From Rubripirellula sp. (GTDB lineage Bacteria; Planctomycetota; Planctomycetia; Pirellulales; Pirellulaceae): DNA of 61,767 bases. Shown here one piece after another: positions 21,042 through 30,861 of the stretch. The stretch covers positions 1 to 61,767 of the forward strand of contig JADHOA010000001.1 of the NCBI GenBank assembly GCA_016779185.1, in the 5' to 3' direction. Within the stretch, counting starts at the first letter, position 1, and every line of letters begins with the position of its first letter. Below the pieces are notes generated by a model, which did no database searches, was not told the origin of the DNA, and saw only the letters and a list, made by a program, of their open reading frames with translations. A program made the translations under genes and the position numbers.

Positions 21042-22346
21042 CTAGGCAATGATGTCCTCAATAACGTTGCCACCGTCAACGATTTCGATCGGACGATCGC
21101 CCGGTGCCATTAACTCCTTGTCTGCAACGATGCCCAACTGACGGTACATCGTCGTCGCTAAGTCAGCAGGTGTCACGGGATCGAACTCTGGCTCGGACGC
21201 GGTAGCATTTGAAGCACCGTAGATCGCACCACCCTTGATGCCACCACCAGCCATCATCACGCTAAAGACCTTCGGGTAGTGATCGCGCCCTGCATCTTTA
21301 TTGATTTTCGGCGTACGACCAAACTCACTGCTGACCATCACCAACGTCGAATCCAACAACCCACGTTGCTCTAAGTCTGTGATCAACTGATGTAAGGCTT
21401 GGTCGAGTGGGGGCATGGTGCGGTTCATGGCCGCAGTGATGCCGTTATGCATATCCCACCCACCATAGGTGAGCGTAACCAGACGGCAACCAGCTTCGAC
21501 TAAACGCCGAGCCATCAAGAGACGCTGGCCGGCTTGATTGACGCCGTAAGCATCCTTCATTTTCTGATCTTCTTTGCTGAGATCAAACGCTGACTTCGCT
21601 TCTGGCGAACTGAGCAGGCTATAAGCTCTTTCATAGAAAGTATCCATGGCGACAACACTATCCGCGTTCGTCATGGAACCTAGATGTTTGTTAACAGCCG
21701 TCAGCGCCGAACGACGACGCACAAAACGTTCTTCGTCAACACCACCGTACAAATCTAGGTCTCGAACCTTGAATCCACTTGACGCCGGATCGCTACCTAA
21801 AGCGAATGGCCCGTAGGATGAACTTAAATAACCAGTTCCCGCGAACTCATTGGGCTGGTTGGGAATGCAGACATATGGAGGCAGGTTATTTCGAGGTCCA
21901 TATTCATGGCTTACCACAGCTCCAAAGCTCGGATATTTTAGAGCGGGGCTCGGCTTGTAACCGGTGAACATGTTGTGAGTGCCACGTTCGTGCGCCGCCT
22001 CTCCGTGTGTCATCGAGCGAATGACACAAAGCCTGTCTGCAATGGATGCAAGCTTGGGGATCGATTCACAAAATATTTCACCCGTATTTGTTTTTACGGG
22101 TTTCATCTCTCCCCGATACTCAAGCGGACTGTAAGGCTTTGGATCCCAACTTTCCTGGTGTGCCATACCCCCGGGTAGATAAACATGGATAACACTCTTA
22201 GCCTTCGCTTCAATGAAGTCGTAGTGTTTTTGCTCTGCTGCAGCTTGCTGCATCCAAAGTAATTGCGGCAAAGAGATACCAAGACCGCCGAATGCACCGG
22301 CTGTTAGCAAGCCACGACGGCTAAAAGGATTGCCTTGACAACGCAT
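21042..22346 (-). CDS. DUF1501 domain-containing protein (Tat-exported)
   Basis: Twin-arginine signal SRRGLL and motifs AKSVIHVYLPGGMAHQESWDPKP, LLMARRLVEAG, GGWDMH, SEFGRTPKIN...GRDHYP. Confidence 0.95.
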   Translation of the reverse strand: MRCQGNPFSRRGLLTAGAFGGLGISLPQLLWMQQAAAEQKHYDFIEAKAKSVIHVYLPGGMAHQESWDPKPYSPLEYRGEMKPVKTNTGEIFCESIPKLASIADRLCVIRSMTHGEAAHERGTHNMFTGYKPSPALKYPSFGAVVSHEYGPRNNLPPYVCIPNQPNEFAGTGYLSSSYGPFALGSDPASSGFKVRDLDLYGGVDEERFVRRRSALTAVNKHLGSMTNADSVVAMDTFYERAYSLLSSPEAKSAFDLSKEDQKMKDAYGVNQAGQRLLMARRLVEAGCRLVTLTYGGWDMHNGITAAMNRTMPPLDQALHQLITDLEQRGLLDSTLVMVSSEFGRTPKINKDAGRDHYPKVFSVMMAGGGIKGGAIYGASNATASEPEFDPVTPADLATTMYRQLGIVADKELMAPGDRPIEIVDGGNVIEDIIA

Positions 22347-23026
22347 TTCTCTGATCTCCGAGAATTAGTTTGTTTCAATATTGGATCAACAAAGCCCGAG
22401 TTGTTTTGATCGAGCTAAAAAGCGTACAGCTAAATATGAGTTCCGAGCCGAACAATAACTCCACAGCTTCGATCGTCAGCAAGTAGACACGTAGCCAAGT
22501 TAGTTCAGCCGATTAACGATTGAAATATCGTCTTTGGCAGGCCCTCATCGCAATCGTGTTGAGGGTTTTTCAGGTGGGGGTATTGATCGATTGTAGCTTG
22601 CGAGAAAGCCCAAATCGAATCTTTTACAATTTCGGAGAGTAACGTATCCGTTTTCGTGGGTCAACTAAAAACGATCGTAGGGGCGACAACATCACATCCC
22701 GGAACAAACCAACACCCCCCTATCGAGCTATCCGTGGGCCTGATTGGAGTGTAGTCCAGTTGCGATTGACGCGGGACTTTCAAGCCAGCGCAAGCAATTG
22801 TGCTGCCCGCAGGTCAACAATCCCACAAAAGCAATTCAATTGAGATGAGGTGGCACAATATTAAGGAGACTCATATTGGAAAGGGATTCACTGCTGGAGG
22901 CGGATCCCTGAGGGTGGGATTTCAAGCTCAGCTTCAAAATATGACACAAAGCGACAGGTTCTCAAAAAGTCCAAGATGCTTTGGTAATCATTTTCGAACG
23001 CCTCATGTAACCATTCAAATGCAAGA

Positions 23027-23869
23027 TCACGAGGTCGATGACTTGGAAACCTTCAAATATCCGGCGCGATACCTAAAAGGAATCGCAAGCATGAACAAAA
23101 GCCAACAGCAGAAATGAGGTTCTGGGACTACCGCTGATGAAGCACCAAAATTAACGAACACATTGTCGATGGACAATTCGTCACGACTTCCCTGCCCTAC
23201 CCCATCCCTGAAAAACCAACGAAAGTAAATCGAATCACCGGGCGACAACATCGTTGCCAACACGCTTTCCTGATGGACGTATTCTTCCCAGCCCAAATTT
23301 TCATTTGGCGCTTCGTCGGTAAACCAATCACCATGATCGGATTCACGATAGACAAGATCGTCTAGGCCGTATTGGAGAGATATGACTGACGAGCGGGTGG
23401 CGTTATTACGTATGAGTAAATCAAACCCGAAGCTAATTCGATCTACAACACTTTGTGTGCCATTGATTACCCGCATCGTCAAGGCTCCAGGGTTGAAATC
23501 ATTAGCAGTTGGTTGAAATCCCAAGGACCAGTCTGGCTCTTCCATAGACCCGTGATTGAAGGCGTAAATTCCTCCAGTTGAAACAGCCGACACAGCTGCT
23601 CCCCTAGCCCAATCGCCTGTGAGATAACTACCACCAAATTCGCCAGTGCCGTCACTTAGCCCAGTAAACCGCCATACATCAGAATCAATCTGAGTCGAAG
23701 ATGGATCTTGCGTTACACCTACTCCTCGAAAAGTATTGAAGTCAAATAAATAATTTCTATCTAAATCGTTTATCACCAATCCGGCGATGGCATGATTACA
23801 ACCCAAAATGAAAAGTGAAAGAAGAAAAGAAACACGGAAGAAACTTACGCGTAACACAAAGATTCCCAA
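23027..23869 (-). CDS. Exported protein with a degenerate PEP-CTERM-like sorting tail
   Basis: Signal-like N-terminus and a beta-rich domain (GGIYAF, LGFQPT...DFNPG, SRDELSIDN). C-terminal VVPEP followed by a hydrophobic stretch and RYR. Confidence 0.7.
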   Translation of the reverse strand: MGIFVLRVSFFRVSFLLSLFILGCNHAIAGLVINDLDRNYLFDFNTFRGVGVTQDPSSTQIDSDVWRFTGLSDGTGEFGGSYLTGDWARGAAVSAVSTGGIYAFNHGSMEEPDWSLGFQPTANDFNPGALTMRVINGTQSVVDRISFGFDLLIRNNATRSSVISLQYGLDDLVYRESDHGDWFTDEAPNENLGWEEYVHQESVLATMLSPGDSIYFRWFFRDGVGQGSRDELSIDNVFVNFGASSAVVPEPHFCCWLLFMLAIPFRYRAGYLKVSKSSTS

Positions 23870-23995
23870 ACTTTGACCTCCAAAAATTCAATGATTGACC
23901 AAGACTTCCTAGTCAAACATACGCAGGTGATCTAAAAGGGAAATAGCATCAATGCACGCAGATACGTTCGAGGCTTATTCCTTTCGTCATGGATC

Positions 23996-24811
23996 ATGGG
24001 GTTCCCAGATATCTGTGGCGATTGCCATTGCAAATTGCGACACCGGTTCGTGTTGGTTAAAAATTTTTGGAGCAGAACGATTGCAATCCACCAAACCAAT
24101 TTTCGCGGATACAAACTTTTCTATGAAAACAAGGAAGCAACCCAGTCCATGATTCGGGCGGCTGACGACTTTCCCTCATTTTTTTCACCAAGGGATGACT
24201 TTCCGTTAATCATTGACTGTGGAGCAAATATTGGCGTCTCCGTACTTGAGTGGAAGTATCGGTGGCCCACGTCGCGAATTATCTGCTTTGAGCCAGACCC
24301 CTTTGCTTTTGAAATCCTTGAAACGAACATCAAGAAAAATGACTTGCCCAACGTGTTAGGTGTTTGTGCGGCGATTAGCAATCAAGAGGGCCAAGCGATT
24401 TTCCATGGTCAAATTAATCGCGGCGCAGATTCTCGAGGAAACTCGTTACGACCCCAATGGGGCCGGAGACCCGATTCAACCCACACCATGGTTCAGTGCG
24501 TCAGGCTCAGTCCATATCTTGCTGACCATCGAGTCTCTTTTTTGAAACTAGATATTGAGGGAATGGAAGAAGCGGTTCTGGAAGAGATCTCACCGCTTCT
24601 CGGTAATGTCGATGCGGCATACGTCGAAGTGCATGATAATGATCAACTATCCAGCGAGAATACGGTTGAACGAATTGAGCACTTACTAGTCGACGCAAAG
24701 TTTCAAATTGAGACGGAACATCGATTTCAGCCACATGCGTTACCCAAGCATCTCCGGGCATGGCAGAGCGCGACGAATGCAACACAATCGCAAATACTCT
24801 GTTGGAGATAA
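23996..24811 (+). CDS. FkbM family methyltransferase
   Basis: IIDCGANIG, ICFEPDP and LKLDIEGMEEAVL motifs. The true start may be further downstream. Confidence 0.9.
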   Translation: MGFPDICGDCHCKLRHRFVLVKNFWSRTIAIHQTNFRGYKLFYENKEATQSMIRAADDFPSFFSPRDDFPLIIDCGANIGVSVLEWKYRWPTSRIICFEPDPFAFEILETNIKKNDLPNVLGVCAAISNQEGQAIFHGQINRGADSRGNSLRPQWGRRPDSTHTMVQCVRLSPYLADHRVSFLKLDIEGMEEAVLEEISPLLGNVDAAYVEVHDNDQLSSENTVERIEHLLVDAKFQIETEHRFQPHALPKHLRAWQSATNATQSQILCWR

Positions 24812-24891
24812 CCATCGCAAAGAATTGATTTCAACTTAAGAAACATCAGCGACTTTCGCAGTGATTCAGTACTCTCCGAAATTGAAAACAC

Positions 24892-25749
24892 TTAGTCTAA
24901 GCGACAGTGGCTCAGAATATCATCTGAAGTTCCTTTATAGCCGACATAAAACGGGCCAAACTCTGCATACTTCGCGCTGGCCTCGTCAAATCTCATCTTG
25001 TAAACAATTTCACGAAGGTACTCAGGATTTCGCGCCCAAAGAGTAACAAGCCACTCCCAGTCATCGAGACCGACACCGACCGTAATGACTTGACTTACCT
25101 TACCTGCAAAAGCAATTCCACTCTGGGCGTGTTCCGCCATCATCGAGTTGCGGCGACTAAACGGTTCTGAAAACCAATTCGCACCCACCACTCGACTCTT
25201 ATTCATTGGATAGAAACAAGCAGCAGGCCAGTCAGGTATTTCCGGTCGGAGCCTTTGCTCATTCATCATAGGCAAACGACGTTCATATGCTGCGACTTTA
25301 GCTTTTACTTCAGGTGAGTCGGGATCTGCACCTCCAGCTAATAATCGTTCCCGAAACCTTTCAATTGTAGGTACGTATTCACTTACCTCACTCATCGAAA
25401 CAAATGACCACTCCGGCTCAATCACAGATCCTAAACCAGGCGCCATGATTGCTTGGTGAACGCCATCAACTTTCCCTGGGTCAGGATCCATCACCATGAC
25501 GCAAAAATCCGCGCGATGCCCGCTAGTCCAATACGAGGCTAAACGCTCCGGAGCAGCACTTCCTTCCGGATGAAGCGATTGTCTAAATTGCTCTCTAAGA
25601 CCTTGTGGCAACCTACCGTCAATTCTGTCGCGGCGAAAACGATAGAAATAGTGACCACAGTGCCACCCATTGGTCGGAATAACAGACGGTTCCGGCAACG
25701 GCTCAGAAGGGCGCCCAGCGACAGGCCGACCAGAATTGGGATTATTCAT
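24892..25749 (-). CDS. hemQ: Coproheme decarboxylase ChdC/HemQ (chlorite dismutase-like family)
   Basis: FYPMNKSR...NWF, proximal His in MAEHAQSG, GLDDWEWLVTL, MRFDEASAKYAEFGPFYVG. Confidence 0.85.
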   Translation of the reverse strand: MNNPNSGRPVAGRPSEPLPEPSVIPTNGWHCGHYFYRFRRDRIDGRLPQGLREQFRQSLHPEGSAAPERLASYWTSGHRADFCVMVMDPDPGKVDGVHQAIMAPGLGSVIEPEWSFVSMSEVSEYVPTIERFRERLLAGGADPDSPEVKAKVAAYERRLPMMNEQRLRPEIPDWPAACFYPMNKSRVVGANWFSEPFSRRNSMMAEHAQSGIAFAGKVSQVITVGVGLDDWEWLVTLWARNPEYLREIVYKMRFDEASAKYAEFGPFYVGYKGTSDDILSHCRLD

Positions 25750-26412
25750 AACAGATCAATCTTTCATTTAAAAAAGTAATTCGCGATGCTGTGGTCAATC
25801 AAACCTTGTTGGGTGATTACGACTCAGTAATCCAAGCTAATCTTTGGTTGATGGAAAGCTTCGATATGAATTGCTCGCCAAGCCGTAGTTTTCTTCGTCA
25901 TCGCGTTCAACCCTCGAACAAAAACATTCGCTGGACTCCACTGCACATGGTGTATTCGGTGAGGTAAGTAATGCTATTGAATCGCTTGCTAAAAATTAGA
26001 CCGCTAATTGAGATGTCCAATTGAATGAATCAATTTTCCACTTCAACCATCGTATCTTTCTAAAGATCCGCAAATTGTCGAACGTGCGCATTTTTTTCAA
26101 ATCAACTGCAACCTACTTCCAAGTCTGTTCTCTGAAGCGATCAAGTTAAAATTTTTTTCGGTCCAGATCGAATTTCTTCCAAGATATCACCCGTCTTCCG
26201 ATTTCTGATACCGTGTTCAAGGTTTTCTCTTGGCAAGGGATTTCGCTTGTTCGCAAAACTCAAATTAAAATTTAGTAAACGTTGATTATTTCTACTTTCG
26301 AGAACGCCTTAGGAGAAAGTAACGCCTGCGACGGTTGAGATGGTCATATCAGTGCAGGAGAAAGCAATCAAACTCCCGCTTGAGCTTGGCGATAAAACTT
26401 AGACAGCCGAAC

Positions 26413-26452
26413 GAGACAAGGGACGTCTCAGCCAGTGGAACTATTACACGGA
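26413..26452 (+). promoter_or_regulatory. Putative CsrA/RsmA-type ANGGA sites upstream of the DUF1571 gene
   Basis: GAGAC-AAGGGAC-GTCTC hairpin at 26413-26429, and ACGGA at 26448-26452, 7 nt before the ATG. Confidence 0.4.
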
Positions 26453-26459
26453 AGTTGTT

Positions 26460-27326
26460 ATGACCATCATTCGTCGCGATTTATTCGCAATTCTTGCGAT
26501 TACAACCGCTCTCATTGCATCTGAAGCGGCTCACTCTGAAGAATCGATTTCGTCGGATCCGGCGGCGAAAGTATCTAGGCTTGAAGCAACCCCCGTTCAT
26601 AGCCTCGACCGCGCTCTGGATCTTGCTCGATCTGGGCTCCGAGACTGCAGAACAGAAGTCAATGACTATACCGCGATTCTCATTAAGAGGGAAAGAATTG
26701 ACGGTGTTCTTGGCCAGCATGAATATGCCACCTTAAAAGTTAGAAACCGCAAAGTTCAGGATGGGAAACTAGTCCAACCGCTCAGCGTTTATTTGAAATT
26801 CCTTAAGCCTTCGTCTGTGGCCGGCAGAGAAGTAATTTACGTCGAGAATGAAAACGACGGAAACATGGTTGCGCATGAAGGTGGGTTTAAAGGTAAGTTT
26901 CTTCCAACCGTTTCTCTCGCTCCAGATGGGATGCTCGCAATGCGGGGACAAAGATACCCTGTCACTGAGATTGGTGTGGAAAATTTGATCGTAAAACTAA
27001 TCGAACGAGGCGAGACCTCAAAACGCTTCCAAGATGTGCGATGCGACTTCAGGACGAATGCTAGGGTAAAAGATACCGAGTGCACCGTTCTTGAAGTGAT
27101 GCAGCCTACTCAGCATCCTGATCTCGAATTTTACAAAGCTCAGGTTTTTATCGATGAAAAACTTAACCTTCCAATTCGCTACATCGCTTACGACTGGCCG
27201 TCATCGGAAGAAGCACCGCTGGATGTTTTGGAGGAATACAACTACCTAAATCTCAAGGTAAATGTAGGTCTCACTCAAAATGATTTTGACCCTCACAACG
27301 AAGAGTATAACTTCTACTCAAAGTAA
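26460..27326 (+). CDS. DUF1571 domain-containing exported protein
   Basis: DYTAILIKRERIDG, PLSVYLKF, GREVIYVE, RYPVTEIG, LEEYNYLNLKVNVGLTQNDFDP.N.EY.F. Signal peptide ending AAHS. Confidence 0.9.
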   Translation: MTIIRRDLFAILAITTALIASEAAHSEESISSDPAAKVSRLEATPVHSLDRALDLARSGLRDCRTEVNDYTAILIKRERIDGVLGQHEYATLKVRNRKVQDGKLVQPLSVYLKFLKPSSVAGREVIYVENENDGNMVAHEGGFKGKFLPTVSLAPDGMLAMRGQRYPVTEIGVENLIVKLIERGETSKRFQDVRCDFRTNARVKDTECTVLEVMQPTQHPDLEFYKAQVFIDEKLNLPIRYIAYDWPSSEEAPLDVLEEYNYLNLKVNVGLTQNDFDPHNEEYNFYSK

Positions 27327-27354
27327 AACAGGTAATAGACGTCCCTAGAAATGT

Positions 27355-27390
27355 AAGGGTGTGCACATTGATTTGTGCACACCTTTTTTT
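27355..27390 (+). terminator. Rho-independent terminator
   Basis: AAGGGTGTGCACA-TTGATT-TGTGCACACCTTT followed by a T-run, just after the DUF1571 stop and between convergent genes. Confidence 0.85.
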
Positions 27391-27447
27391 ATTCACGAGA
27401 ACTAAAACTTGGCTCTTTTTCGCTACTTGATTTGCATCCGTGAAAAA

Positions 27448-28044
27448 TCAAAGTGTGAACCGATTATCTGTTTTTGCGTACTCAAGGTCACCCATACGTC
27501 CAATCGTTTTAAGCGAACTTGAATCAAAGCTACCATCTTGATTCAATAACTCATCCGCCACGTGGAAACAAACAATTCGTCCGATCACCACATTCGCTGC
27601 CCCCGGACCCTCCTCAAGCGATAACACTTGCATCAACTCACATTCAAATGCAGCTGCCGCATTTGCTACCCGAGGAACATCCACCATTAAGCTGTCCTGC
27701 TTCTCAACCGTCGCGAATTCAAATTCATCAATTTGATAATCGAGTTCAGCAGCGGTTTGATGCATTTGACCAGCAAAGGGCATGGTGACCACGTTAACAA
27801 CAAACTCACCCGTTTGACGAATATTCACTAACGTGTCTTTGGGGGATCCATCCGGCTTATTCGCAGGACAAAACAACAAAGTTGGAGGCTTTGCACCGAC
27901 ACCATTGAAAAAACTGAATGGTGCTAAATTTGCAACGCCTTGACTCGAGATAGTCGCTACCCAAGCAATAGGACGTGGGTTGATCAATCGAGTCATCCAG
28001 TGATAAGTGTCCCGGGATGACATGTTAGCTGGATCGAATTGCAT
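27448..28044 (-). CDS. Flavin reductase family protein
   Basis: PRPIAWVAT, NLAPFSFFN, KDTLVNIRQTGEFVVN, IGRMG..Y. Confidence 0.92.
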   Translation of the reverse strand: MQFDPANMSSRDTYHWMTRLINPRPIAWVATISSQGVANLAPFSFFNGVGAKPPTLLFCPANKPDGSPKDTLVNIRQTGEFVVNVVTMPFAGQMHQTAAELDYQIDEFEFATVEKQDSLMVDVPRVANAAAAFECELMQVLSLEEGPGAANVVIGRIVCFHVADELLNQDGSFDSSSLKTIGRMGDLEYAKTDNRFTL

Positions 28045-28085
28045 ATCTTGGATAGCCCACGCAAAGTCTAGCGGTGAGAAAAGTT

Positions 28086-28886
28086 CTATTCACCAATCAG
28101 GCGACTCATCATTTCTTGGTGCAAAGATGAAGTTGCACTAAGACAAAATTTTGGCGACCAGTCATCAAAAGGCTGGCCATCATATGCGGTTAACGTAGCC
28201 CCTGCTTCTCTGGCAATCACAACTCCTGCAGCACAATCCCACGGCGCAATACTGGTTGCCCAGTAAGCATCTAGGCGTCCACACGCCACGTAGCACATAT
28301 TCAGCGCGCAGGAACCCAGACGGCGTAATGAGCGGCACGACTCTAAAACCCTTATGAATCGACCAACCTCTGGATCACCACCCCTCACGCCCGCAGGAAA
28401 ACTACAGGCAACAAGTGCTTGATCGATTTCAACACAATCACCGACAGAGATTGGTTCAGCGTTACACCAAGCGCCCAACCCATGTAATGCCGTAAATAGC
28501 TCGTCGCTGACAGGATCATAAATGACACCGAGTCTAGCGCGACCAGATTCGTAAAGACCTATTGAAACTGCAAAAGACTGTAGTCGATGCACATAGTTCA
28601 CTGTGCCGTCCAAGGGATCAACGACCCAGCACGGTGGTGAGTTCGCATCACCATTTCGAACTGCCAAGGGTGGTTCATGCTCCCCTTCTTCCTCTCCCAC
28701 GAAAGCATAATCATCAAACGCATCGAGCAGTATTGATCGAATCGCAGCCTGAGACGCTAAATCCGCGTCCGTCACCAAATCCTTAGGCTGTTTCTCTTTG
28801 ACAATTCGTACATTGCGCCGTTTCATCAGTTCTTCGGCGCCCGCTTTCGCAGCATCAATCGCTACCTTCAAATGCTTTTCATTCAT
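28086..28886 (-). CDS. suhB: Inositol monophosphatase family protein (SuhB-like)
   Basis: DLVTDAD, GEE, WVVDPLDGTVNY, RRLGSCAL, PWDCAAG. ATG at 28886 overlaps the kinase TGA (ATGA). Confidence 0.88.
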   Translation of the reverse strand: MNEKHLKVAIDAAKAGAEELMKRRNVRIVKEKQPKDLVTDADLASQAAIRSILLDAFDDYAFVGEEEGEHEPPLAVRNGDANSPPCWVVDPLDGTVNYVHRLQSFAVSIGLYESGRARLGVIYDPVSDELFTALHGLGAWCNAEPISVGDCVEIDQALVACSFPAGVRGGDPEVGRFIRVLESCRSLRRLGSCALNMCYVACGRLDAYWATSIAPWDCAAGVVIAREAGATLTAYDGQPFDDWSPKFCLSATSSLHQEMMSRLIGE

Positions 28887-30085
28887 AAGTCCCAAGTTCC
28901 GGTAAAATCGGAATCGACTTCCTCTTCCATCGCAATGGATTTGGTTTCCTTATCTTTTGAAAATCGCAAATTCGTCTCGAGTTCCCTCAACTCTTCGAGC
29001 CAAACTCGAATATCGTTATCGTACTCTGTTGCCATATCACCCAATATCAATTGTCGATGAAATGCTGCAGCGCCTTTTTCAACATGTTCTGCAGCCTCTG
29101 CATTAGCGAATCGCGCCTTGGGATCCGGGGCTATCAAACCCAACAAAAAGTTCATTAGCAATTCGTTCCGCACGACCTCATCTGGCAATATTTGATCGAG
29201 TTTTGAAGGAAGCTCATTTTTAAACTTTAGAAGTGCATAAGAACCTTTTTGATCGCTAAATGGATTCACGCCGCTTAACAGTTCAACCAGCACGTAACCG
29301 AGACTAGCTAGATCACTTTGTGGTGAAACCGCTCTACTCTTCAGAACCTCGGGCGGTGCATACATCGGAGTGCATTCGCGATCCTTGGGTGGGTTCCGGT
29401 AATCCATAGCGGATCCCATATCGATCAACTTCGCATACCCACTTCGTTTAAGCATTATATTCGCCGGCTTGATATCCCCGTGTACGATACCCTCTCGATG
29501 AAGTGCCGCTAGGGCAGATAGAGCGTCACGAACAATTGCTACGGCGATACCCGGTTTAAAACGTGATTGAGAAATTCCCTCAGTGACAATCACCTCGTTG
29601 ATGTATTGCCACCTCTCACCTTTTACTCGATGCCGTAGAGTACGATGTAACCGGCTTTCCGTTAGCTGTCGTAAATCGAAACCATCTACCCATTCCATCA
29701 TCATGATCCGAATCCGATTACGCTCAAAAAAATTCTGAACGTCAATGAGATGGTCATGCTGTATGAGGGCGACTCGCGAAGCGATACTTGCGACCCGACT
29801 CATTGCTTCCGAATATGAATCCACTCCAGAGTATCTTTCCGGCGAGAAAAACTTCATCGCCACCGGAACCGTGAATCCATCGGTACCTCGATGCTCTGTC
29901 AGATAGACGACCCCCTGGCCTCCTCGCCCAAGCAACTTCAGCATGTGATGATGCCCCGTCCAGCTGATTTTCTCTTGATTGGTCAGGCGTTGATAGGCAT
30001 CAGACAAATCCAAGTGGTCACTGTCATGACCTGCATTCAGGCTAGATTTTTCAACCAAACCATCGCTTCCACTTGTCGATTGCAT
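28883..30085 (-). CDS. Hanks-type serine/threonine protein kinase (cytoplasmic)
   Basis: LGRGGQGVVY, VAMK, HGDIKPANI, LIDMG, YAPPE, SDLASLG. Confidence 0.92.
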   Translation of the reverse strand: MQSTSGSDGLVEKSSLNAGHDSDHLDLSDAYQRLTNQEKISWTGHHHMLKLLGRGGQGVVYLTEHRGTDGFTVPVAMKFFSPERYSGVDSYSEAMSRVASIASRVALIQHDHLIDVQNFFERNRIRIMMMEWVDGFDLRQLTESRLHRTLRHRVKGERWQYINEVIVTEGISQSRFKPGIAVAIVRDALSALAALHREGIVHGDIKPANIMLKRSGYAKLIDMGSAMDYRNPPKDRECTPMYAPPEVLKSRAVSPQSDLASLGYVLVELLSGVNPFSDQKGSYALLKFKNELPSKLDQILPDEVVRNELLMNFLLGLIAPDPKARFANAEAAEHVEKGAAAFHRQLILGDMATEYDNDIRVWLEELRELETNLRFSKDKETKSIAMEEEVDSDFTGTWDL

Positions 30086-30861
30086 CAGGCAATCCTCTTT
30101 AACACCATGCTAAGTATTCAATATTTTTTTCGCGAAGTTGCTGCCTCCTTCGTATCGCTACAAGCTTCCCTTGGCAGGAACCACTAGTCTAACGATATCC
30201 CTACCAGACACCATCAGTAAGGCCGGTACGGCACCAGATTATTCACGCGTATTCGTTACGAAACTGTCTGAAGCAGAACAAAAGTAGTGATGAGTATGCG
30301 AGGCTCAAATCCATGAAATCCCAAACTTTCAAATGAACGGGACTTTGAGAATAGCAGAAAAAAGGGGAGCGTTATCCGTACACGCGAATTTAATAAAATT
30401 CGCCGGCAAATTCCATTTAGGGCCAACCCCCGTTAGCAGTATTCTTTCCGCGATGTGAACCAAATTTTAAACATTAACACGGAACGTGTTAAAAGACCGG
30501 AAATTGATCGCAACGACACATGGCATTCAAAAGCCAGAGGGTCTAACAACTGTTATAGGACGCCTTGAAAGCAATCGAGCAATACAAAGCGACTGTTGAA
30601 CACGATAAGGAAATGAGCTGAAAAGTTTTTGAAAACAGCAGTGCCCTGCTGCGGCTTTCGTTGAATTCAAATGTGCCAGCGATAGATCCAATTGTCAACA
30701 AGGATCTTGAATGTAACTACACCGAAAAGTTAAATAAATTATTTGCGCAATACTCGACACGCAACAAACGATTGGATTCGATGCTATGCTTTGACATGGC
30801 GATAGATGAAAGCGACTTAAACTATCGAAGCTCATCCTATTGTTGATTGAGGATTCAATCA

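Noticed and set aside
22531-22570. GCCCTCA...TGAGGGT-TTTT terminator-like hairpin on plus
   Set aside because: The loop is large and no plus-strand gene precedes it. It may belong to the DUF1501 leader, but there is no support for that.
22800-23117. 105-aa plus-strand ORF; likewise 30661-30846 and 35438-35747
   Set aside because: Weak starts, non-protein-like composition, and located in regulatory gaps or overlapping real genes.
24014-24028. CGDCH heme-like motif at the N-terminus of the FkbM ORF
   Set aside because: The protein is cytoplasmic with no signal peptide, and the motif lies in a probably over-extended N-terminus.
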